Shown piece by piece: positions 42,819-52,253 of a stretch of 64,000 bases of DNA (position 1 is its first letter; the number at the start of each line of letters is the position of its first letter). The translations under genes were made by a program, and so were the position numbers. The stretch comes from an uncultured Chloroflexia bacterium (GTDB taxonomy: Bacteria > Chloroflexota > Dehalococcoidia > DSTF01 > JALHUB01), in assembly GCA_963726245.1 (NCBI GenBank), contig CAVSBT010000044.1, positions 28,177 through 92,176 on the forward strand, read 5' to 3'. Below the pieces are notes generated by a model, which was not told the DNA's origin, made no database searches, and saw only the letters and a list, made by a program, of their open reading frames with translations.

Positions 42819-43962
42819 TCAGGCGGGACCTGGCTCGGACTCGAAAGTCCAGTCGTGTTCAAGAACGAGTGCGATCTCGGAGGCGGCCGTGTAGGCATCT
42901 CCGTCGACGACAACAGACCTGATCTTCATGCCGGCCGGCGGCACAACGCGTACCGTCGTGGGAGGGACCTGCGGACCCGGCTGCTTTTGCATGAGGAGCC
43001 GGCACTCCCAGCAGCCCGGCCCCGTATAGACGATGGCGGGGGAGACCTCCTCGATCTGGAGGGCCTTCTGCTGGCCCGGAGTCAGGGCGGAAAACCGGCC
43101 GAAGACGACCCTGCCACCCTCCTCCGAGGCCTCATCCACGCCGATGCTGCGTCCCCGCTCCGTGGCTGCAACAAGGCGGCTGTCAGGCGGCGTCAGCAGG
43201 CGGACGTAGCCGCCGTTCAAGCCTGCTTGCTGGACAGGCAGGGCCAGGAGCCGCACGAGCCCGCGCGCCACGTCCGTCTGGGCCGTCCGGTAGCGCTCCG
43301 GAGAGCCGACGTCGAGGAAGTAGCTAGAGGAGCGGTAGCCGAAGACAGGGACGCCCAGCTCGACCAGCCGCGGAAAGAGGTCGCCGCCCAGGTCGGAGAA
43401 GCCTTCCGGGATGAAGCTCAGTACCCAGGGCTCCATGACCAGCGCGCCAGCGGCCGCCCAGGGAGAGGTCGGCACCTCTTTCGGCTTCTCGACAAAGCGG
43501 CGGATGCGGCCTCCCGGCCCAACGTCCGCCACGCCGCAGCGGGCCAGGTCCGCTTCGCGGTAGAGGGCCATGGTGAGGGCGCCTCCGCACTGGCGGTGGA
43601 AGCCGGCCAAGCGGCGCAGGTCGAGGCTGGAGAGCACGTCGCCGTAGAGGACGAAGAAGGTGCGGTCCAGGAAGTGCTCCAGGCGCCGGAGGGCGCCCGC
43701 CGTCCCCAGGAGGGCTTCTTCTTCCGAGTAGAGCACCCGCAACCCCAGTCGAGACCCGTCGCCCAGGTAGGAGCGGACGGCCTCCGGCCGGTGGTGGAGG
43801 TTGATCGCCACCTCGCGAACGCCGGCCTGAATCAGCCGCGCCAGCAGATGCTCCAGCAGGGGCCGGCCGCCGATGGGCAGCATCGGCTTGGGGAGAGCGT
43901 CGGTCAGGGGTCCGCAGACGCTTGCCGCGACCGGCGGCCAGGATGACGGCTTTGGGCGGCAT
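42819..43962 (-). CDS. Sugar-1-phosphate nucleotidyltransferase (HddC-like) carrying a DUF4012-protein-derived C-terminal tail; frameshift near 43911
   Basis: AVILAAGRGKRLR[P]LT..PKPML, LGTAG, YGD, FVEKP and DVGSPE motifs. The tail is homologous to the C-terminus of 44561..46552. Confidence 0.85.
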
Positions 43963-43967
43963 GGCGT

Positions 43968-44558
43968 CTAGGCCCACAGCCAGTCCCTCCCCCTGTGCAG
44001 AAGCCAGTCGACGCTCTCCCGCAGATCGACGGCGATGTAGGTGATAGGACAATCTCGCAGGCGCGGGTCGACCAGCGTCTCCTGGCCGCGGCCGGTCAGC
44101 ACCAATATGGAGGGGATGCCGACCTCCCGCGCCGCCAGCATATCGGCGACGCCGTCTCCCACCAGACAGGAGCGGCCAGGATCGACTCCAAAGCGCTGCA
44201 TCGCCTCCAAGAGGAGGCCCGGCGCCGGCTTGCGGCAGGCGCAGCCCGCCTCCGGCGCGTGCGGACAGTAGTAGGCGCCATCGATGCGACCACCGGCGGC
44301 GGTCACCAGCTCAAGCATGCGGGTGTTGATCTCCTCCAGGTCCCAGGAGGACATAAGCCCCCGTCCGACAGCCGACTGGTTGCTGACCACCAGTACCGGC
44401 AGGCCCTTGCGCGCCAGGTCGCGGAGGGCCTCCAGGGCGCCGGGCAGGAACTCGAACTGGTCCCAGCGGCGCACGTAATCCGGCCGGTCGTGGTTGATGA
44501 CACCGTCCCGGTCCAGGAAGACGGCGCCGCACTCCCCGCTCCTCAAGCCGCAGAGCAC
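43968..44558 (-). CDS. gmhB: D-glycero-D-manno-heptose 1,7-bisphosphate phosphatase (HAD-IIIA)
   Basis: FLDRDGVIN, SNQS, CPH...C.CRKP and VGD motifs. Confidence 0.9.
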   Translation of the reverse strand: MLCGLRSGECGAVFLDRDGVINHDRPDYVRRWDQFEFLPGALEALRDLARKGLPVLVVSNQSAVGRGLMSSWDLEEINTRMLELVTAAGGRIDGAYYCPHAPEAGCACRKPAPGLLLEAMQRFGVDPGRSCLVGDGVADMLAAREVGIPSILVLTGRGQETLVDPRLRDCPITYIAVDLRESVDWLLHRGRDWLWA

Positions 44559-44560
44559 CC

Positions 44561-46552
44561 CTATCCCTCCTCCGGCAGGCGGTAGCGCACCACCACCTCG
44601 TGGTCGCGCCCCAAATCAATCGACAGGTCAAGGTCAGAGGCGTGGCGGGCCTCGCCATCCAGCTCGACGGACAGCACGCGCGCCCCCTGAGGCGGGACGA
44701 TGTGCAGCCGCCAGGGGACGGCCGCCGTGCCGGGCTGCTTCTGGAGAAAGAGACGGTATTCGTGGATGTCTGACTCTACCCGCACGACGGCGGGGGCCAC
44801 GTAAGCGAAGGAGAGGCTGCGGCTCTCGCCGCTGGCTACGGCGAAGAAGCGCCCGAAGACGCTGTGCCCTGCCTCGCTGCCCACTTCGTCGACGCCGGCG
44901 GAGTTCCCATCCTGGCGCGCCTCCAGCAGGCGAGCGCCGGGCGCCGTGAAGAGACGCAGGTAGCCGCCGTACATCCCGGACAGCATGAGGCGCTTCACCA
45001 GCAGGGGGTCGCGGCCGCTCTCCCAGGCAGGCAGGTCATTCCGATAGTCCACCTCGACCTGGACATGGGCGTTGCCCAGCTCGTCCAGCTCCGCAGTCAG
45101 GCTCACCTCTTGCTGGAGGACGATGTTCAGCTTGGTGCTGTTCACGCTGGCGTCCACCAGCATCAGGTAGTCGCCGTCAGGCTGTCGCAGGCCGCCGTCC
45201 AGACCCATGCGGGTGGCCGGCGCCTGTAGATCGGGCTGGTCGGAGTAGAAGAGAAAGCTCTTGCTGTCCCTCAGCCGCTCCAGCGTCTCCAGGAGCGTCG
45301 ACCAGCCGGACGAAGGCGTCTCCATGAGCCGCCCGAGCACTCCCTCGGCCAGGAAGGCCACGAAGGCCTTACGGTCGCTGCCAGGCTCCAGAGGGCTCCG
45401 TGTAAGCGCCTCCGTCACCTCCAAGGCGTTCGCCTGGTTGACGGTGACGCCGTACTCGGGTACCTCGACCGGCCCCGTGACCGCGAGAAGCTCTTCCAGG
45501 GTGGCGACGTTGATGGCCAGAACGCCGTCGACTTTCGCCGTGCCGCCGCCCATCTCGAAGAAGGTCAGCGCCTGTCGCGCCGCCGTCGGGAAGTCGGGCG
45601 ACCAGTTGGCCAGGGCCAGGTTCCAGCTCCAGTCCTTGAGGAGGTAGTCTCTGAGAGGCGCCGGCGGCTCGACGTAAAGGCCCGTGCGCTCCTGCCACCT
45701 CTCGCCGAAGGCGATGGCATCTTCGAAGGACATCGCCTCCACGCGCCCATCGCGCAGGGTCATGAGGCCGCAGACGGAAATCAGACCGCCGGTGGGCAGC
45801 AGCTCGGCGTTGTTCTGGGCGAGCACCAGGTAGGTACGAGGCTGCTCGAAGCCCAGGAACCGGGGCAGGAAGTCGGCGGCATCCCCGTAGGTGCGGGCCA
45901 GCTCCTCGACCTCGGCCGTGTCCTCACGCGCCTGACGCACGGCCGAGGCCAGAGGCGGCAGGAGGTTGCCGTCGGGCAGGCTCTCCTGCCGGGCCTTGAT
46001 CACCTTCACTTGCTCTGCCACCGCTGTCATGGGTCCTCTCGTCCTATCGATGATGGTGCGCGCCTTGCCGGACAGGGGCCCGGCCTCCTGGTCGCGGACC
46101 TCCCGGTACTCCCAGGCGGCATCGACGCCCAGCCTGCCCACCTGTCCCGCTTCCACCCCCATGGCGAGGAGCTCTCGCGCCGCCTTGAGCTGGTCGCTCA
46201 TCCAGGGCAGCCGCCCGGCCAGGGCCGCCAGCCCATCGCCGTCGAGGCGGCGCCAGGCGGCGCGAAATCGTACCTCGGCATCGGTCAGCTTCGATTCAGC
46301 CGTCGCCAGCTCGTCGTCGCTGACATCCAGCCCCCGTTCCCGCAGGAGGCTCTGCGCCTCCTGGAGGGCTGCTCGACCCGCCCGTGCGTCCTGGTAGAGG
46401 GCGTAGTACCGGCTCCCTATCAGTCCCAGCGCCAGAGCGACGGACAGGAGGGCGAAGGCGACGAGCGCCCAGCTACCGAACCCGGCCCGGCGTCCTGGCT
46501 TCCCGTCGGGGGCTTGCGGGCCGCGGCTCTCGCCCGGTCTGTCCGCCCCCAT
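44561..46552 (-). CDS. DUF4012 domain membrane-anchored protein
   Basis: N-terminal TM; YLVLAQNNAEL.PTGG, ANWSPDFPT.A, RKAF and QKQPG motifs. Confidence 0.85.
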   Translation of the reverse strand: MGADRPGESRGPQAPDGKPGRRAGFGSWALVAFALLSVALALGLIGSRYYALYQDARAGRAALQEAQSLLRERGLDVSDDELATAESKLTDAEVRFRAAWRRLDGDGLAALAGRLPWMSDQLKAARELLAMGVEAGQVGRLGVDAAWEYREVRDQEAGPLSGKARTIIDRTRGPMTAVAEQVKVIKARQESLPDGNLLPPLASAVRQAREDTAEVEELARTYGDAADFLPRFLGFEQPRTYLVLAQNNAELLPTGGLISVCGLMTLRDGRVEAMSFEDAIAFGERWQERTGLYVEPPAPLRDYLLKDWSWNLALANWSPDFPTAARQALTFFEMGGGTAKVDGVLAINVATLEELLAVTGPVEVPEYGVTVNQANALEVTEALTRSPLEPGSDRKAFVAFLAEGVLGRLMETPSSGWSTLLETLERLRDSKSFLFYSDQPDLQAPATRMGLDGGLRQPDGDYLMLVDASVNSTKLNIVLQQEVSLTAELDELGNAHVQVEVDYRNDLPAWESGRDPLLVKRLMLSGMYGGYLRLFTAPGARLLEARQDGNSAGVDEVGSEAGHSVFGRFFAVASGESRSLSFAYVAPAVVRVESDIHEYRLFLQKQPGTAAVPWRLHIVPPQGARVLSVELDGEARHASDLDLSIDLGRDHEVVVRYRLPEEG

Positions 46553-46566
46553 GCGGGCCCCGGCGC

Positions 46567-47112
46567 CTACCGGCGGGCCCGCCGCGCCGCGTCCCGGGCC
46601 ACCAGGAGTCCGGCAGCGACCATAGCCGCCGCCAGGACGACCCAGAGCCAGGGGAAGCCGGAGCTGCCCTGGCTGCCGTCCGGGCCTTCACCCGTCACCG
46701 GCAGTTGGACGGCCGTGGCGGTTCCCGACACCACACTCACCTGCGCACTGAGGTCACCGCAGCTGGCGTCCACGATGATGGGCCCTGCGGTGCTTCCCAC
46801 CTGCAGAGAGGTGGTCGCTGTGCCCGTCAGGTCGGTGAGGACGGGCCCGGCGTACACGGAGGCGTCGGAGCCGGGCTGCGAGGCGATGGCGAACGTGCAC
46901 GCCAGCCCGCTCACCGCCACTCCCGCGACATCACGGACAAGGGCCGTGATGGTGATGGTGTCACCCACTTGAGGCGCTGTGATGGAGCTCGTGAGGGTGA
47001 CGTTGCCGGTCGGAGGCGGGTACTGGGCCTCAACGCTGCCCCAGGCCGTTACGGCCAGGAGTAGGGACGTTGCCAGGACCACCAGCCTCCAGTTCCAGAA
47101 GTGTCGCGCCAT
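46567..47112 (-). CDS. Secreted Ig-like protein with LPxTG sorting signal
   Basis: Signal peptide, AQYPPP, Big_1-like beta strands, then LPVTG, a TM segment and a basic tail. Confidence 0.85.
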   Translation of the reverse strand: MARHFWNWRLVVLATSLLLAVTAWGSVEAQYPPPTGNVTLTSSITAPQVGDTITITALVRDVAGVAVSGLACTFAIASQPGSDASVYAGPVLTDLTGTATTSLQVGSTAGPIIVDASCGDLSAQVSVVSGTATAVQLPVTGEGPDGSQGSSGFPWLWVVLAAAMVAAGLLVARDAARRARR

Positions 47113-47186
47113 GATAAACCTCCCTTATGCACTATCCCGGCGGCCGCGCTGGACCGCCCATTTGCCGCAGTTCCCCAGGACCACAC

Positions 47187-47843
47187 CTAGAGGTGATCGG
47201 CGCGTACCACCAGGCGGTGACTGTAGCCCTGGGGACGTCCCTGCCAGGTTCCCCCGCAGGTAACCAGAGTGACCATCTCCCGGCCCGTCGGGCCCACGAT
47301 CTCCTGGGAGGGCGCCGAGTCGGCCGGGTAGAGAACGCTGATGGTGACGACGTAGCGGCGGACGGTTCCGTCTTCCAGACGGACCTCCACCAGGTCGCCG
47401 GCCTGCATCTCCCGCAGCCGGGCGAAGACAGCCGGTCCGTAATCGTGATAGTCCAGGTGGCCGGAGAAGACCGCGTTGCCGGCCTGCCCCGGACGAGCTG
47501 TGAAGTCGTACCAGGCGACGTCGTCCGGGCCGCTGGGGTTCTGCATAGCGCCGTTGGGGTCCAGGCCCTTCACCGTTACCGGCGCGTCGATGCCGATCTT
47601 GGGGATAAGCAGGCGGACCGGCAGCGCGGTTGGGGCCTGCGCTGTAGGCGTCGACACTGCCAGCCCCTGCGGCTGGGCCGCCGGCTCCATGGCGTACAAT
47701 GAATCTGGAGGGGGGGCCTCCCGGCTCCGCCCGGGCCAGGCCAGACTCAGCGCTGCCATGGCCAGGGCTGCCAGTCCCAGCAGGGCCAGCACGACCCGGA
47801 GAAGTCGCCACGCTCTGTATCGGGGACCAACAGAATTGCTCAA
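47187..47843 (-). CDS. Class F sortase
   Basis: L.IPKIGIDAP, WY...PG..GNAV.SGH.D and LVTCGG...Y.HR motifs. Confidence 0.93.
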   Translation of the reverse strand: MSNSVGPRYRAWRLLRVVLALLGLAALAMAALSLAWPGRSREAPPPDSLYAMEPAAQPQGLAVSTPTAQAPTALPVRLLIPKIGIDAPVTVKGLDPNGAMQNPSGPDDVAWYDFTARPGQAGNAVFSGHLDYHDYGPAVFARLREMQAGDLVEVRLEDGTVRRYVVTISVLYPADSAPSQEIVGPTGREMVTLVTCGGTWQGRPQGYSHRLVVRADHL

Positions 47844-49234
47844 GATGAGGCCCCCCCATGAACCCCCTGACGCTGCTTCGTCTTGTGGCCATCGCCGTCG
47901 GTGTAGTAGTAGCGGTAGTAGTAGTAGTCACCACCACCGCGCTGAGTAAGCTTGTTGAGGACTGCTCCCAGCAGGTTCGTCTTCGCCCGGTTGAGCAACT
48001 CTGTAGCGCGCTGGAGGGAACCGGCCCGCGTGCGGCCGGAGTCGACCACCAGCAGCGTGCCGTCGACGCGCGAAGCGAGGACGCTGGCATCAGTGACGGC
48101 CAGAGCAGGCGGGCTGTCCAGGATGATGATGTCCGCCGCTTGCTTGAGGTTTTCCAGCACGGTCTCGAGGCGTCGTGAACCCAGCAGCTCCGACGGGTTG
48201 GGCGGCTGCGGCCCGCTGGGCAGCACCCAGAGATTCTCGAAGGTGGTGGGCTTCACACAGCCGTCCAGCTCCGCACCACCGGACAGGAGAAGCGTCGTGA
48301 GCCCCGTGCCGTTTTCCACGCCGAACACACGGTGCAGGGTCGGGCGTCGCAGATCGGAGTCGACGGCTATGACGCGCTTCCCCGTCTGGGCCATCACCAG
48401 GGCCAGGTTGGCGACTGTTGTGGACTTCCCCTCGCCGGGGTTGGCGCTGGTCACGAGCAGGGTCTGGGCCGGCCAATCCAGGGTGCTGAACTGGACGTTG
48501 GTGCGCAGCATCCGGTAGGCCTCTGCCACCGGATGATGGTGACGGGTGGCAACAAGGGCGGACTCCGCAGAGCGGGGACGGTGGAAGCGCGCTACTCCAC
48601 CCAGGGTGGTCAGGCCGGCCGCCGCCTCGACCTCCTCCGGCGACTTCACGGTGTCGTCCAGGTATTCGAGGAACACAGCCAGGCCGCCGACCAGGATCAG
48701 CCCGGCCAAGGCTCCCAGCACAGTGTTAAGGGGGACGCTGGGACGGACCGGGCTGCTCGGCAGAGTGGCCGCCTCCACGATGCTAACGCTGCCCGACCGG
48801 CTGAACTGGTTCTCCGTGTTCTCGATGATGAAGGCGGCGGCCGCCGTGTCGGCGATGCGGCGCGCTTGCTCGGGGTCGGCGCTCTCCGCTGAGACGCGCA
48901 GGAGCTGGGTGTCCGCCACCGCCTCTACATCAATCATCCCCGCCAGCACCTCCGGCCCGAAGGGGAGGGCCATGTCGGCGACGACCGTCTCCAGGACGGG
49001 CCGCTTCTTAATGAGCTCGCGGTAGGTCTTGGTAAGGCGCTCGCTGGTCAGGATGTCGTTGTAGGCGATGGTGCCGGGGACTTGAGTCTGGTTCACCAGC
49101 ACAGTGGCAGAAGCGCGGTAGATAGGCGTGAGAAGCTGGCTCACCCCGTAGCTGCCGGCGCCGCCGAGAAGCAGCCCAACGACCAGTAGCCACCACCAGC
49201 GACGCAGGAATCGGGCGTAGCGAACAACTTCCAT
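47840..49234 (-). CDS. Polysaccharide co-polymerase / tyrosine autokinase (Wzc-like)
   Basis: Wzz-type N-terminal domain, AEAYRMLRTN, GEGKST, DSDLRRP, DSPP, and a Tyr cluster DYYYYRYYY. Confidence 0.94.
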   Translation of the reverse strand: MEVVRYARFLRRWWWLLVVGLLLGGAGSYGVSQLLTPIYRASATVLVNQTQVPGTIAYNDILTSERLTKTYRELIKKRPVLETVVADMALPFGPEVLAGMIDVEAVADTQLLRVSAESADPEQARRIADTAAAAFIIENTENQFSRSGSVSIVEAATLPSSPVRPSVPLNTVLGALAGLILVGGLAVFLEYLDDTVKSPEEVEAAAGLTTLGGVARFHRPRSAESALVATRHHHPVAEAYRMLRTNVQFSTLDWPAQTLLVTSANPGEGKSTTVANLALVMAQTGKRVIAVDSDLRRPTLHRVFGVENGTGLTTLLLSGGAELDGCVKPTTFENLWVLPSGPQPPNPSELLGSRRLETVLENLKQAADIIILDSPPALAVTDASVLASRVDGTLLVVDSGRTRAGSLQRATELLNRAKTNLLGAVLNKLTQRGGGDYYYYRYYYTDGDGHKTKQRQGVHGGASS

Positions 49235-49439
49235 CGGGTGCCGACCTCTCTTGCAGAGCGCGGATTACTCAGGTGCTTCTATAGTTGGCGATGAGCCCAA
49301 AGCCCAACAATTGGCGAAGACGCGCAGTGAGAGTGACCGGCGCCCTTAGGGACGGGGGCCACGGCACCAAGGTCGGCGCCCCCCGGTTTGGAGGCGCGCT
49401 AGAGGGCGTCAGGTGAAGAGGATGAGAAGGAGCGGCGGC

Positions 49440-49991
49440 TTATGACGGTGGACGGCTGGACAGGGAGTCGGCGTAGCGGCGGAGAGCCTCTACCTGTCTC
49501 TCGGAGATGACGGCCTGGGGCCGCTTGCGTCGCACCGCCTCGTAGGCCTGGGGCAGGCTGTAGCCCATTCGCATGAGGACGGCGCTGGCAACGCAGACGC
49601 TGCGTCCGACGCCGGACTGGCAGTGGATGAAGACCTTGCGATCGTGGGCCAGTTCACCCATCACCCACTCGACGGCTCGCTTCAACTGCCTCTGGGTGGG
49701 CGGCGCCCGATCGGTCATGGGGACATGGCCCAGACGGAGGCCATGCCGGGCCAGGAGATCCTCGTCGTCGCGGCCCTCCTCACGGATGTCCAGGACGCTG
49801 GTGACTCCGCTGCGGGCCAGCGCGCCCACCTGGGTGCGCCTGAAGCGGGGGCCCTGGGCAAGGGAAGGAGTGATCCAGGCGATGGTGGGGCCGCGGCCCG
49901 GGCGCGGCAGCCGCCGCGTGACAACGAAGAGGGCGCTCCTCACGAGTCTCATCGCCGAAAGAAGACCGATCTTCGTGGTCGGGGTTGACAC
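49440..49991 (-). CDS. Dual-specificity protein phosphatase
   Basis: P-loop HCQSGVGRS. Confidence 0.88.
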   Translation of the reverse strand: MSTPTTKIGLLSAMRLVRSALFVVTRRLPRPGRGPTIAWITPSLAQGPRFRRTQVGALARSGVTSVLDIREEGRDDEDLLARHGLRLGHVPMTDRAPPTQRQLKRAVEWVMGELAHDRKVFIHCQSGVGRSVCVASAVLMRMGYSLPQAYEAVRRKRPQAVISERQVEALRRYADSLSSRPPS

Positions 49992-49998
49992 GGCGGCC

Positions 49999-50799
49999 CT
50001 AAGCCTGGCTGCCCAAGGCGGACTTGTCGGGTCGCCACACAGAGACGATCATGTCGCTGAAGCTGGGCGCCCGATAGGCTATTCGGTCCAGAGTGCGCAA
50101 GAGGGCCCAGGCCACGTCCTCCGGCAGGGATTCCACGAAGAGGCTCCAGCGCCGGAAGAGCCAGAGCACGGACACGCCGTGGCAGCGCTCCAGGCGCAAC
50201 CAGGGGCGGGCCAGGCCGCGCAGGATAGCCAGGTCGCCCTTGAAGGTGTGGTTGGGCGGGGGCTGCCAGTAGGCCCGGCCCTCCATGACGGGGATGTTGA
50301 GGAGCCTCTTGGCGCGATAGAGGCTGCGCCCCAGCCGGCAGGACAGGCTCTCGAAGTTGGCAATGGCGATGATCGCCCGTCCGTCCGGCTTGAGGATGCG
50401 GGCCACCTCGGCCATGAAGGCGCGGGGTTGGACGAAGTGATCCAGGGAGCCCTGGCAGACCACACAGTCGAAGGAGTCCTCGGAGAAGGGGAGTTGCTCG
50501 GCGATGCCCCGCACCAGGACCACCGACTGCCCGCGCTGCTCCCGCCTGAGGCGGGCCAGGCGCAGCATGCCCGGCGACGGCTCCAGGCCCCACGACTGCC
50601 AGCCCTGCTCCTGGAAGCGCCCAGCCTGGTCAGCGGAGCCGCAGGCCGCGTCCAGCAGGCGGCCACGATGGGCACCGTTTGCGGCCTGTTGCACTGCCTG
50701 CTCGCTGCGCCAGAAGACGAAGACGCTGTCCCGCCGCCATGGTCCGGGGACCAGGTCCTCGGACAGGTCGTAGCTCAGGTCTACCGATGCGCTGCTCAC
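49999..50799 (-). CDS. Class I SAM-dependent methyltransferase
   Basis: LDAACGS, AEQLPF..FD and RILKPDG motifs; GTGA overlap with the upstream gene. Confidence 0.85.
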   Translation of the reverse strand: MSSASVDLSYDLSEDLVPGPWRRDSVFVFWRSEQAVQQAANGAHRGRLLDAACGSADQAGRFQEQGWQSWGLEPSPGMLRLARLRREQRGQSVVLVRGIAEQLPFSEDSFDCVVCQGSLDHFVQPRAFMAEVARILKPDGRAIIAIANFESLSCRLGRSLYRAKRLLNIPVMEGRAYWQPPPNHTFKGDLAILRGLARPWLRLERCHGVSVLWLFRRWSLFVESLPEDVAWALLRTLDRIAYRAPSFSDMIVSVWRPDKSALGSQA

Positions 50800-51440
50800 G
50801 GTGTCTCCGCGGCCTGCCGTGGCCGGCGCGGCCGGCGGGCTGCCTCCGTCGGCGGCGCGGGCTCGGCCTGGCGCTCCTTCACCACGCTCAGCAGCACGTA
50901 CATCTCCTCGAAGCCCACCAGGTGGCCCAACCAGCGCTCCCATCGATACTGCATGCCCCGGCTGCGGTTGGCGGCCGACTCGAAGAGCCGCGAGACGGCG
51001 CCGCGAGCCAGCCCGCGGCCTCGCTCCGGCGCGCCGCGGGCCGTCAGATAGAGGCGGCTCTCCTCGATGACGTAGGAGGCCCGCGTCGGGCAGCGCTCAC
51101 TGCGGCGCCGTGGGTCGAAGTACTCGAAGGTCTCGATAGTGTACAGGCGCTGGTGGCGGGGGTCGCGCGAGGCGGCCCAGACAGAGGTGGCGTGGGGCAG
51201 GCGGACGTGCACCAGGGCGCCCGGCTTGCAGACGCGCCAGACCTCCTCCAGCGCTCCCACGAAGTCCGCGGTGTGGGCCAGGGCGCGACCGGTGTCCACC
51301 TCGTCGACAACGCTGTCGCCCAGGGGCAGGCCGGCCTCTAAGTCAGCCAGCACGTCGGTCGTCGGGCCGGAGCGGGGCCGGAAGCGGAGGCTCTCCGCGC
51401 GCTTCGGCCCTTCGTCCAGGTCCAGCTTGACGATTGCCAA
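50796..51440 (-). CDS. Methyltransferase-like protein (divergent SAM motif)
   Basis: DLE.GLP..D.SVD, E.WRVCKPG..PH and DP.H pattern. Confidence 0.7.
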   Translation of the reverse strand: MAIVKLDLDEGPKRAESLRFRPRSGPTTDVLADLEAGLPLGDSVVDEVDTGRALAHTADFVGALEEVWRVCKPGALVHVRLPHATSVWAASRDPRHQRLYTIETFEYFDPRRRSERCPTRASYVIEESRLYLTARGAPERGRGLARGAVSRLFESAANRSRGMQYRWERWLGHLVGFEEMYVLLSVVKERQAEPAPPTEAARRPRRPRQAAETP

Positions 51441-51452
51441 GGTCCTCCTCCG

Positions 51453-52253
51453 TCAGATGTCAGGAGCGCTCGCCGGCACCGGCTCCGAAAGGCCGGTCAC
51501 CAGAGCGATGCGCGACAGGTACTCGTGGATGACGGGCTGCGGCGCCCCGTCCATTACGACTCGTCCCTGCGTCAGGAGCACTACCCGGTCGCAGAAGCGG
51601 GCCACGCTCCACAGGTCGTGGGAGACGAGGACGATTGTGACGTTCTCGGCTCGCAGCTTCTCGATGTGAGCAAAGCATTTGCTTTGAAACTCGGCGTCGC
51701 CTACAGCCAACACCTCATCGACCAGCAGGATCTCCGGGCGGACGTGGACGGCCACGGCAAAGCCCAGGCGCACGTACATGCCGGAGGAGTAGGTGCGCAT
51801 CGGCTGATCGATGAAGTCCCCCAGCTCTGAGAACTCGATGATCTCCGGCATGCGCTCCCGCGCCTCCTTGAGGCTCAGGCCCAGGAGCACGGCGTTAAGG
51901 ATGGCGTTCTCGCGGCCGCTTATCTGAGGGTGGAAGCCGGCACCCAGCTCGAGAAGCGCCGAGACGCGGCCGCTTATGCTCACCTTCCCCCGCGTGGGAG
52001 GGGCAATGCGGGACATGAGGCGAAGGAGCGTGCTCTTCCCCGAGCCGTTGGGCCCGATGATGCCCACGCTCTCGCCCTTGCGAATGGTCATGGAGACGTC
52101 ATCCAGGGCCCAGAAGGGCCAGCGCTGGCGACCGCTCAGAACGGAGGGAAGGTGCAAGACCGCCGTCTTCACTGAATCCGGCCGGTGAAGGTTCAGCATA
52201 TAGCGCTTGCCGACCCGCTCCAGCACGATGGCCTCGGACGTCTCAGAGAGCAT
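51453..52253 (-). CDS. wzt: Polysaccharide ABC transporter ATP-binding protein
   Basis: GPNGSGKST, YSSGMYVRLGF and DEVLAVGDAEF motifs. Confidence 0.93.
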   Translation of the reverse strand: MLSETSEAIVLERVGKRYMLNLHRPDSVKTAVLHLPSVLSGRQRWPFWALDDVSMTIRKGESVGIIGPNGSGKSTLLRLMSRIAPPTRGKVSISGRVSALLELGAGFHPQISGRENAILNAVLLGLSLKEARERMPEIIEFSELGDFIDQPMRTYSSGMYVRLGFAVAVHVRPEILLVDEVLAVGDAEFQSKCFAHIEKLRAENVTIVLVSHDLWSVARFCDRVVLLTQGRVVMDGAPQPVIHEYLSRIALVTGLSEPVPASAPDI

